Source of the DNA: Laetmonice hystrix
Lineage: Eukaryota
Assembly (NCBI GenBank): GCA_965235115.1
Contig: OZ249436.1
Span: forward strand, 17,238,001-17,302,000
Length of the DNA stretch: 64,000 bases
Reading direction: 5' to 3'
Notes under the pieces: model-generated
What the model was told of the DNA's origin: nothing
The model's input: only the letters and a program-made list of their open reading frames with translations
Databases searched by the model: none
Part shown: piece after piece, positions 40,801 to 51,195 of the stretch
Numbering within the stretch: the stretch's first letter is position 1
Layout of the letters: every line of letters starts with the position of its first letter
Position numbers and translations under genes: made by a program

Positions 40801-42031
40801 TGAATCGGAAAAATGGTAGCCCTATACAATACATAGGATAGAAGACAAACAAATCAAAATGGCGTCTAGGCTAAATCTTAAAGAAGAAACTGCCCAGTAG
40901 GCATAGCTAGTTGTAGGTAAGTTGTAGTTGTCAAGGTAAATGTAATCCAATAGGCCATGTATAGGGAGTGCCTGTGTGTACAAAGTGCCTGTGTGTAGGA
41001 AGTGCCTGCGGTTGTCGGCAGTGCCCGTATGTGGCCTACACGTGTGGGGAGTGCCTGTGTCACGCAATCGGAACGCCCGAGCCATTTCCGGGTTACTTTG
41101 CTTACGGGAAATAGACTTGGATAGCAAAAGTGTAGACATTCTACAGAAATTTAACAGGGATCCGCCGGATGTGTGGTGTAGTCTCTAATCCGGCCGATTG
41201 AAAATTTAGTGCATCAGTCGATTCCTTCAATAGAGACTCCATTGGGAGATGTTGAATTTCTAAGTGCGGTACAATAATTATGTGAGCGACAGCCTTCGTT
41301 TGCCCTTCGAATTCAGCCTTCGAGAGAAGCAGGTGGAGACACCCCGGGCCTTGTAAACTATCGCATGGGCACTATATTGTCTCCGTGTGGGCGCCGCTGG
41401 AAAAAGTCAGACTGCCGAAATCGTATTGTTGGATCAAATTATGTGAACCTGTTACATACTTGTTTGCTCATTATCAACATGTAGGCCTATACAGTTGGTA
41501 TAACGTTGTTTAGGCACACAGCACCTAAAACCGTTGGTCAGTCGACTGCACTAAATTTTCAATCGGCCGGATCAGAGACACACCAAACATCCGGCGGATT
41601 CCCGTTAAAATTAATGTCTGTAGAATTTCTACACGTTTACTATCTGAGTCTATTTCCCAAAAGCAAAGTAAACCGTAAATGGATTGGTCGTTGCGATTGT
41701 GTGTAGCCCACCGTCTGTGGCGTCAATTAATGCATAACGGTAAGCTAACCATCTACATCTACACACCAGTCCTGTCTTTAAAAATATACATTAATCATCG
41801 CTTGAAACATCAAACTGTAGGCCCTATAGATATTTCTTGGTGAGATATTTTTTATTTCTAGTCGTGTATCACGAAAACTGCAGTCAGATTTCTCGCGCCG
41901 CCTGTTGGTCAAACCGGAATCCAATCTTAAGTAATCTGCCGCTGGTGGCGATAATTTGAAACCCACCTGACCGTGTACGACATCTTGATCACGGCCTGCG
42001 CACGTGTACCCGTGCTCCCCTCGTCCGACAT
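37867..42031 (-). CDS. LRRC14/PRAME-like leucine-rich repeat protein
   Basis: Exons 42031-41967, 40799-40671, 40419-40202, 39871-39788, 39664-39539, 39486-39409, a probable exon from 39356 to ~39227, ~39040-38818 and 38622-37867. The N-terminus (VSALLLMAEDRVV...LGLPFRIVTMLFATAV, VVALLSRWPDRCLHL) matches the PRAME/LRRC14 pattern and the last exon encodes LRRs (LSELYMNR, VRELTLERNNL, LTLLNLKDTQL). Middle junctions are uncertain. Confidence 0.75.
39139..39244. repeat. Dispersed copy of coding sequence 38102-38200 of the same gene
   Basis: About 55 nt identical (ccgcacagccgcaccatcagctccaccacgtcctcctcccggagctgggtgtcc), then a 7-nt deletion and a TAGGCCT replacement. Confidence 0.92.
41061..41703. 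mobile_element. MITE with ~160-bp imperfect terminal inverted repeats
   Basis: 41061-41220 is the reverse complement of ~41540-41703 (e.g. atccggccgattgaaaatttagtgca / tgcactaaattttcaatcggccggat). Confidence 0.8.
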
Positions 42032-42978
42032 AATTTGAGTTGGTCACTGGTGGACACATGTAGGCCTACTGGCTGGACATATCAGGCTAGGAAGAAAAAA
42101 AAATATGAACGTTTAAAAATACGAAAATAGGCCTCTAGGCCTCAATGTTGACAGGGGGCACAATTTTATGCCTAATAGCCTATACATTCAGAGTTCCTAT
42201 AGTCTCGGCTTACAGGTGACTTGTAGGCCTAAGGAAAGGTTGTCACTAACATGCATATAGCGCTATAAAAATGTATTATAGGGCTCCTATACCAAACCTA
42301 TTACTTTTTAAAGGGGCACAATTGGAAGAATCGCACTTTCAAACGGCTTTTGTACCTTTAGTTATACCCTAGTCACACTAGAGGCGGAATGAGCCGGAAT
42401 GCCGTCGGAATAAAAGTTCTTAGTACATTCCTGGATATTCGAAGTACATTCGAGAAATTCTGACTGCATTCTGAGTGCATTCCAAATATTCGGGCCCATT
42501 CTTGTGGCCAGTCCGAATGTTTTGCACATGCTCAAAACTTTCGAAGTGCATTCGAAGTGGAGAAATATCGAACGGCATTCGAAGTGTATTCTAAGTGCAC
42601 TCTGACTGCATTCTAAATATTCTTATGGCTTTCCAACAGCATTCGAAACATTCTGATCGCATTCGAGGGAGAATCGAAACGGCAAGCCACTTCAAATCCT
42701 GCCAGAATGTCTCGAATGCGCCTCGAATGAGCCGGAATGAACCTCGAATGGATCTCGATTGCTACCGGAATCTATTCCGATATTAAAAGAATTCAGCTCG
42801 AATGCACTTCGAATGCTGTCGGAATCTTTCGATTGCCGGTCGAATGCGGTTCGAATGCAGTCGGATTGGCCCTCGAATGAGTCCCGGACGTAATTCCGAA
42901 TCGAATCGCATAAAAACGCGGCCAGCTGCCGCTGGAACGTCAGTCTGCATTGAGGAGTCGCCCGGTCAACATCAAATC

Positions 42979-44567
42979 ATGCCGCCAAGAAAGAAGGGAG
43001 CCACGGTCAAGAACTCCACCACTGGCCGCCGCCATGGACGGGGCAGAGGTGCTGCAGCCAAAGAAGCCCATGATGAGCCGGTTCCTGTTGTGGAAGATGC
43101 CCCAGCACCTTCGAAGTCTGAAGCTGAGTCCACAGCCCCTCCCCCTACTTCCCACATGGACATAGTGGCTGAGGTCCATCAGCCAGCAGCACAGTCCTCC
43201 TGTGACAGTGATGAGCTTCCTCCCAGTGAGGCTGCCAAGTCCGAGAAGAAGCGCAAGAGGGAGCTGGTGACGGCTGACTTCACCGAGGAGCAGGAGCAGG
43301 AGATGGTTGACTGGCTCCAGGCCCCCGAACAAGATTGCCTCCTTAACAAGAAGCATCCCAACTACGTCAAGAGGGGCCTGAAGGACGCACTGTGGGAGCA
43401 GAAGGCCAGGGAAATGGGCAAGACGAGTGACCAGCTGAAGAAGTGGTACGCCAACATGAAGTCAAGGTTTGGAAAGCTGAAACAGACTCCCTCAGGTTCC
43501 GGCAACACTGAATTGACTGCAAGGGACCTCTGGATCCTGCGCCACTTCGAATTCCTCATGCCCCACCTCATCGTCCAGGTCAAGAAGAGGGTCACTGTCA
43601 GTGTAAGTATTTTATTTCATTATTCTCATGTTTTCATTTTGATATTTCTGATGAAATTGTCACCATTGTCCACATGTTTTCACATTATTTATGATTGTTT
43701 CTTCTCCAGATGAAGGCCAAGGTCCAAGCCAAGCCAAGCCAAGCTCCGGCTGCAGCAGCAGGAGCTCCCCAGTCTGATTCAGAGTATGCTGCCGCTGATC
43801 ATCCTCCTCCTTCAGCCGCTCAGTCTGATGCAGACACTTCCTTGTCCTTGGGGTTCAGGTCCACTGCTACTGATAAAACTGAGGCTACCAGGAGCAACAT
43901 TGCTGACCTGCAAAGACAGCTGCTGAGCAAGCTCTCCAAGGCTGAGAAGTCACCCCTGGAACGCCAGAAGGACACCTTTGCTGACTTCATGAAGGAGGTC
44001 ACCTACACATTCCCTCCTCCCATGTGGCTGCGGTTTCAGAGTGACGTCAACAGCCTGTTGAAGAAGTACCAGTTTGAGCTTCACCAGCAGCTTCCCATGC
44101 AGACTCAGCATCAACAGCAATACGATTTCCATAGACCCTACCCTCCTGCACCTATCCCACCGCCCGGCAGCCAGCAGTGTCCTTCAATGGGCTGGCAGCC
44201 TCATCCGTCACAGTGGCCAGCACAGGTCCGCCAACTGACTTCTGTCTGGGGCTCCCAGAAGGCCAGCTGGATGCAGCAACAGTTCCAGCAACAGCCTCCC
44301 GTCAGACCACAGTTTGCTCCACCCACCTACTCTCCCAGCACCACCCTGCCACAGCCTTCACCAACATCCATCCAGAGCAAGGACATGGGGAACGTCACTG
44401 GCCCGAGTGTCTTGAGCAGTGGATCCTACAACAGCCTCACCCAGCTGCTCAACACCAGCCAGTCTGATGACAACCCAGACCTCAACACCCCTCGTCCAGT
44501 TGTGCACTCTCCCACACCTACCCAGCGGTTTGAGCAGTCAGAGGAGGGTAATGGGAGGCCGGAGTAG
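42979..44567 (+). CDS. Harbinger ORF1, MADF/Myb-SANT-like DNA-binding protein, 493 aa, one intron
   Basis: Exons 42979-43602 and 43710-44567 (GTAAGT...TTCTCCAG). EMVDWLQ...CLLNKKHPNY...KDALWEQKAREMG...LKKWYANMKSRFGKLK has the spaced-Trp MADF pattern. Confidence 0.85.
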
Positions 44568-44940
44568 TTACATTTGTTTGACATTGGGACATTATTGGAT
44601 AGTGTTTGTACAGGACAGATACCTTATACGGGATTTGTCTGACTTCATTGTAATAGTACTTATAAATATTTTGCATATCTCACACGTTGTTTGTGTCATC
44701 AATTTGCCCCAAAATATTTCCTATTATTATTATAATTATAGAATAAAGTTACATTAATTACATTCGATTTTCCCTGAATGCTTTCTGTACCTTTTAAACT
44801 TTAATATGTTTGTAAAAATACATTTGGAATAACTTATAAAATTTTAAATGCAATTATTACTTTTAGTAATAGTAACAATTTATTGGCACAACAAATCCAG
44901 TGTACATAATTATGTCGTCATCATATCAGTCTCTTATCCA

Positions 44941-46221
44941 TCAATCATCCTGTTCTGCCATGGCACAGCTCCTACTGCATGGGTTGTTGAAGTAATGCTT
45001 GAGGATCTCCCGCTGCCTCTTTCCAGCCTTGGTGTCTCTGTTTCCACCTGCAACATGCTGCACATCTTCAAGCTGAGCAAGTTGTCTCCAGGCTCCTGGC
45101 ACCACGTTGTGCTGGTCATCTTCCTCGTCCACCATACTATTGTGGAGAGCAGGATAACGGATCCTTATCAAGTTGTGCAGGCAGACACAGCATTCAACGA
45201 TGTCCTGCACAATAGAAGGCCTTGGCTGCATGGTGGTGAGGAGCACTTGCCATCTCTGGGCCAGGATTCCAAATGCATTCTCCACTATGCGTCGGCCCCT
45301 GGAGATCCTGTAGTTGTAGATCCTCTCGTCTCTCTGTAGATTCCTGCGACCATATGGTTTCATCAAGAAGGTCCTGATTCCAAAGGCATCATCTCCAAGG
45401 ATAAAGTATGGCATAGGCTCGTCATCTTGGGGTAAGGGGGATGGCTCAGGAAATCCGATGCTCCCGTCTTCAAGGCAGTCCTTGAGCTCAGACTCGTTGA
45501 AAATCTGAGCATCAGACATACTTCCATATGCACTGATGTCCACCCACAGGAACTTGTAGTCTCCATCCACAAGGGCCATGTCGACCACAGAGAAGAAGCC
45601 CTTGTAGTTGTGGTAGAGGGAGCCGCTCTTGGCAGGTTTTCTGATGGCCACATGCTTGCCATCTAGAGCTCCCATAGCATGAGGAACATTCCACCTGTTT
45701 CTGAAGACCTCTCCAATAGGTGTCCATTCTTCTGGAGTGGTGGGGCAGGTGATGACCTCATCCTTGTATTCCTCCACAATGGCTTGGCAGACTTCAGGGA
45801 TTATGAGGCTGATGGTGTTCCTTGCCACACGGAAGCTGTACATGAGGCTGGGGTACTTGTCACCTGAAGCCAGGAACCTCACAGTGATGGCCAGCTTCAA
45901 GCCTGGAGGTAGCGCCTTCCTCATCTTGGTATCCTGCTTCTCTATCCTTGGTCCCACTCTCTGCATCAACTCATCAAACATGGCAGGCTCCATCCTGAGG
46001 TAGTTGAAGAAGGACTGCGGGTCTTCTACTCTGAGCTCCTCCATCAGTTTGGCGAAATGTCCATATAGCCTCCTCCTCTCCTCTGCCAGCCATGGTCGGG
46101 TCTGATATCTTCTGGGTCTTCTCCTCCTGTTTCTTCTCCTGGCCTCCTCCACATCTCTTTCAAGTACGTCTTGCTGGAGGACAGCAATCTGGAGCAACGC
46201 AACATGGTCCAGGGGGTCCAT
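44941..46221 (-). CDS. Harbinger DDE transposase (HARBI1-like, DDE_Tnp_4), 426 aa
   Basis: FFNYLRM, KLAITVRFLASG, GALDGKH, YHNYKGFFS, GDDAF, YNYRISRGRRIVENAFGILAQRW and CVCLHNL; the DDE residues are intact. Confidence 0.96.
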   Translation of the reverse strand: MDPLDHVALLQIAVLQQDVLERDVEEARRRNRRRRPRRYQTRPWLAEERRRLYGHFAKLMEELRVEDPQSFFNYLRMEPAMFDELMQRVGPRIEKQDTKMRKALPPGLKLAITVRFLASGDKYPSLMYSFRVARNTISLIIPEVCQAIVEEYKDEVITCPTTPEEWTPIGEVFRNRWNVPHAMGALDGKHVAIRKPAKSGSLYHNYKGFFSVVDMALVDGDYKFLWVDISAYGSMSDAQIFNESELKDCLEDGSIGFPEPSPLPQDDEPMPYFILGDDAFGIRTFLMKPYGRRNLQRDERIYNYRISRGRRIVENAFGILAQRWQVLLTTMQPRPSIVQDIVECCVCLHNLIRIRYPALHNSMVDEEDDQHNVVPGAWRQLAQLEDVQHVAGGNRDTKAGKRQREILKHYFNNPCSRSCAMAEQDD

Positions 46222-48313
46222 ACTCTATGGTGGTTGGGCTGAGAATGATGAAAATGTTAGATTCGGCAGCATTTTATACCCTATCGGGGACCATTCCGGT
46301 GGCATTCTAGATACACTTGGGGCATTCGTGTTACATTCGAAGTACATTCTAAGTATTCAAGCCGCATTCTGTTTGAATTCTTGGACGTTCGAACCCTATT
46401 CGGTGGCCATTCCGGGAACATTCTGACTGCATTTGAGGTGAATTCGTACAGCATTCGAGGCACCTTCCAACCAGACTTCGGGCGCTATTTGTGCAGCAAT
46501 CGAACCGCACTCGTACGACATTCGAGGTGCATTCTAAATATTCTGACTGCATTCTAACAGCATTCTAAATATTCCTACTGTGTTCCAACTACATTCGAGC
46601 TGCATTCCAGAGCTAATACACCCGGAATGTGCAAGAATTATTCCAGGCGGGTTCGAAGCGCATTCTAAGTATTCAAACGGCATTCTTACAAAGCTGTAAG
46701 AATTTTGGTCTATTTGAAATTCTCTCCTGAATGTGGCCCGAATTGTGAGAATTCTTCATTCCGGCTGGTTCTGCTTGATTCCTGCTGATTCCGAATAAGT
46801 GTGACGGGGGTATTAAATGTAAAACATAAAAAGATTAGGTGAAAACCGTTGTCTTGGCCGAGAAATGACATAACGTCCCACACGCCCCCCTCTACAATGC
46901 TTAACAACTGAATTTCACTTAGGGGGCTGCCTATTATATGGCAAAGTCAGACAAAACATTGTGCCCATTTAAGTGATGAACGCTGAGCTCATGCAATAGT
47001 AGAGGAAGGGGGCCTAGGCCTATAGGGATCACGTGCCATCTATAAGTCCGCGAGAAGATAAAATTAACACCTATAGGTAGAGTCTAGAACCAAAATTTTC
47101 ATGCCCCCAATGGGCGCGTAGTTAGAGGGATTGAGACTGGAGGTTTGGCCCTGAATGATGGGGACTGGGGCCTGGAGGCGGGAGGCGCCATCCTCCAGAT
47201 TTGGGCCTAGTTCGTGGAAACTTAAGATCTTAATTGCTTAAACATATCTTAACGCTTGTGATAATGACTGGCTGATCTGGTTAGACCAGCCAGTCAGAAG
47301 CGTTGAGCTTAAGCTTAAAGCTATAGCTGCGCCGTGTCCACAGGTCCGGATGCGGACACGGTTACGGATACGGATGTTTAAAAACACATTACAAATATAG
47401 GGACTGTGTCGGATCGGTCGCCGTGTCCGGACCCGCATGAGTGGACACAGTCCCTATATTTGTAATGTGTTTTTAACCTGTGGAAGCAAGATCGGCTATA
47501 CCGTTAGCTGCACCCTTGAAGACTCCCACTTGATCGTTACAGTATACTCTCCAGCCCCCCCCCCCCCGCTCCAGCGGCCCTCGCCTTACGTACCGTCGGT
47601 TGATGTTAGCCAGTGGGTATCCCACGACTCCTGGCAGTATGCTGACCACGGTCCGGCCGCAGAATTACTGGAGTTATACGGATAACCTATGTTTAGTTAT
47701 AAGCCCACCTGCCCAGGTGACCTCTAGCGTATGTACGCCTGTGCCATAGTAAGTTCGTAGGCCACAGAGAGGAAAATGTTAAACCAGTTACAACTGACAC
47801 CCGATACAAGGCGTCCGTATACCCCGAGGGAATCCCGAATGGTCCGTATATAGGTCCACCCTTACCAGCCACCGGTTCTCGCGAAGAGGCCACCTGCCCA
47901 GGTATAAAAAAAACCTTAGCCTCTAGTGAACAAAACATAAACTAAATCTGCGTCATATTGTCGCCTCTCTGTAGCACGCGATTTCAACGAGATAACTTCC
48001 ACAACATACATGTCAAAATGTGAAATGTCAGAGAGGGAGATTTTTTTGGAGGCGGGAAACATGAATGTGCAACCCACCCTCGAGCCAGGTAGAACGCGGT
48101 GCAGTTTCTTTTTCTTTAGTTCTTATTAATTAAATAATTGACTAATTAATTAATTAATTGCACAGTAGGCTTATTAAAACAGTAAAAAAAATCCAGTCAC
48201 AGTTTTATCGAAGTTTTTTTTATTTGATATACTGTGGGCCCGGTTATAGAGGTAAGTGGCACTCTTTTCAGCTTTGAGTTCATCTTTTGTATGGTTGAAG
48301 TCACTGGCCTTAA

Positions 48314-48842
48314 AGGGGCATATTATGAGGAAACGTGAAAAATCGGTATTTCAAAGAACTTTTGCTGTTTTCATAAAGAGATCCTTCATTAAAATAGCCT
48401 TGGTAAACAAAGACAGACTTATCAGTTTCATTTTGCGTGAGAAATCAAAGTTTATGAAGCTCCCTTGCCCGCTTCTCTGCCGATTTCGTAAAATATTTTT
48501 CGGGTGACATTCTGATGTCGGACGATCGAGTGCAACTGCTGAATTGTTTACAACTAAGCGAAGCACGTGACTACGCACATGCAGAGAGTGCACACGTAGG
48601 GTGTGACGCAGTATGCAATTACACGGGTTGATGGTAGGTTGTCTACCAAATTATGGCGGGAGATGTGCTATCGGGAGAAATCTATAGGTTTGGTCGTATA
48701 GAACCTACTTGTGCTGCATACACAGCGGAAACACGTCGGAGAACAAAATGCTGTGGTAGGATTATTTACTTGGATCCCTAGTACACGGTCATGTTGGATG
48801 ATTGCCGGAAATCCTCCAAAACGTGTTCCATAGCATGCCCCT
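48314..48842. mobile_element. Kolobok-like MITE with TTAA target duplication
   Basis: TTAA|aggggcatattatg ... catagcatgcccct|TTAA. Confidence 0.75.
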
Positions 48843-49491
48843 TTAATTGCAATCTGAATTGAGTTTGCAGCCAGCTCTCAGAGGTGCCCACTCGTGAACT
48901 TTGATATCGGGAGATTTTAAGTAGGCCTAATTCATAGGCGTATAGGAACCGGGGGCAGAGGGGGCGTCAATATCAAAAGTGGGGGGGGGGGGGGGGGCTG
49001 AAGTGTGTTTCAGCCCCCCCCCCCCACACACACACACACATTTGGGTGCTTTCTTAGTCGAGGCGGGTTTCATGCCGATTTTCTCACTCTCCGCCGCAAG
49101 ATATCACTGTTGTCTGGATATAACATAAGCATAAACATAAGCATAAACATATAACATAAGCTACGCGCAATGTCTTATGGGAGATTGCGATTTTCTATGT
49201 ATCACGCATAAAAATGACGGAATTTTGTTGATGGATTTGAGAGATTTTTGCTCCGAGATGCTCAGAAAACGCGTCTCCGGCATTTCTGAAAAAAAATTCT
49301 GGGGGAGGGCACCCAGACCCCCCGCCAGGGCCTGCCTATGGTGGGCATGTATTATCCCCCCCAACCTTCAGACCCCCCCCCCCCCTCAAACAAAAAGAGC
49401 TTCCAACGCCTACGAGTATGAATCGGGAGGTCGGAAAATAACTCCCGACGATATCGGGACAGTTGAGAGGTATGCATGACCAATATCTAGG

Positions 49492-49687
49492 CAGTGGGGG
49501 ATCCAGGATTTTGATAAGGGTGGGGGGGGGGGGGGGGGGGCAGGATTTTGATAAGGGAGCCCACCTAATTTTTTGTTGGATTTTGACTGTGAACGTATGT
49601 ATCTTCATAAAAAAAAAAAGAAAAAGGAAATCTAAGGGGGGGGGGGGCTAGGGCCCCCTAGCACCCCCCCCCCTGGATCCCCCACGG
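49492..49687. mobile_element. hAT-like MITE with 5-bp target duplication CTAGG
   Basis: cagtgggggatccagg / cctggatcccccacgg ends; CTAGG on both flanks. Confidence 0.75.
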
Positions 49688-50099
49688 CTAGGATATAGGC
49701 CTATCGTTTAATAATGAGCAAAATCCATGCACCGTAAGTAGGTCAGCAGGCTTCGCATCAGAAATTGGTAGTGCTTGGGATTTGGGTTCAAGGCAATGAC
49801 TTTAGCAAATCACGATGAATTTCAATGAAATGTTGAACATGGGTTCATATGGACAATATTTCGGATGAGTTCGATAATGAGCAAAATCATGTGGCATATT
49901 ATGTCAGCTGCAGGTCTCTCATTGGTTGTGCTTGCATGGGTAGGGGGCCTAACTTGTACAAATAACGATAGATTTCAATAAAACATGGGTTCATATATGG
50001 CACATGGGCCTATACCTCGAATAAGTTTGAATACTCGGCAAAATTATGTCAGTGTAAGTAGGTCATATAGGGACAATACAATTTTATTGCCGTCAAATG

Positions 50100-51195
50100 T
50101 CGACTGGTACTACTTGTTAGAATGTTAGAGGTCGACCAGTCCTACTTGATCGAGTGTTAGAGGTCGACCAGTCCTACTTGATCGAATGTTAGAGGTCGAC
50201 CAGTCCTACTTGATTGCATGTTAGAGGTCGACCAGTCCTACTTAATCGAATGTTAGAGGTCGACCAGTCCTACTTGATCGCATGTTAGAGGTCGCCCAGT
50301 CCTACTTGATCGAATGTTAGAGTCCTACTTGGGGGCCGTCCATTAAGTACGTACGCACCAAATCGTGGCAAAAATGACCCCCCCCCCTGTACGCATGGCA
50401 TACGCAGTGGTTCAACCCCCCTCCCCTTGTACGCATACGCATACGCATTCCGATATGTGTTTTAATTTCCATGTGCACCCCCCCCCCCAAAAAAAACCAA
50501 CTAATGTTAGGCTATTCATCTTTTCTGAAAGTCCCCTCATAATGTTCAGGTGTCATTTGTAGCGACTGGTTGCGCCATTGGTTTAGTCCACTTGGAGGGG
50601 ATCAGGGGTTGCCTGTACACTTGAAAGTGTGGAAGCCTGGAAGGAAGTATTGGTAGATAATTATTTACTCAATTAACGAATTATAAAAAGTCACCACTCT
50701 GCGTATATTGTACGCATGGGTCTGACCCCCCCTCCCCCTGTACGCTTTGTGTACGCAATGCCAAGACCCCCCTCCCCCTTGGTGCGTACGTACTTAATGG
50801 ACGGCCCCTTGATCGAATGTTAGAGGTCGACCAGTCCCACTTGATCGAGTGTTAGAGGTCGCCCAGTCCTACTTGATCGAGTGTTAGAGGGCCTAGTCCT
50901 ACTTGATCGAGTGTTAGAGGTCGACCAGTCCTATACTAGGTCCAGTGTCACAGGTCAACCAGTCCTGGGCCCAGTGTTAGAGATCGACCAGTCCTACTTT
51001 ATCGAGTGTTCGAGGTCGACCAGTCCTACTTGATCGAGTGTTAGCGGTCGACCAGTCCTACTTTATCTACTGTTAGAGGTCGACCAGTCCTACTTGATCG
51101 ACTGTTAGAGGTCGACCAGTCCTATACTGGGTCCAGTGTCAGAGGTCGACTAGTCCTGGGCCCAGTGTTAGAGATTGACCAGTCCTACTTGATCC
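50100..51195. repeat. 32-bp minisatellite containing the NPL stop-codon region
   Basis: gtgttagaggtcgaccagtcctacttgatcga repeated; the last unit overlaps the NPL codons ATC AAG TAG. Confidence 0.93.
50332..50808. mobile_element. PIF/Harbinger-type MITE with ~29-bp perfect TIR and TTG target duplication
   Basis: ggggccgtccattaagtacgtacgcacca / tggtgcgtacgtacttaatggacggcccc; inserted into the 32-bp minisatellite. Confidence 0.88.

Larger units (their letters stand above)
42365..46812. mobile_element. Full-length autonomous-type PIF/Harbinger DNA transposon (4448 bp)
   Basis: TTA target duplication (42362-42364, 46813-46815); 15-bp TIRs TACCCtaGTCACACT / AGTGTGACggGGGTA; two convergent ORFs; long subterminal CATTC/TTCGAA repeat tracts. 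Confidence 0.95.

Noticed and set aside
42802..42978. N-terminal extension of Harbinger ORF1 in the ORF track
   Set aside because: It lies in the subterminal repeat tract; the ATG at 42979 (MPPRKK) is the more plausible start.
23290..50808. The full-length Harbinger as the mobiliser of the GGGGCC-ended MITEs
   Set aside because: Its termini (TACCC...) do not match the MITE termini, so they are probably different families.
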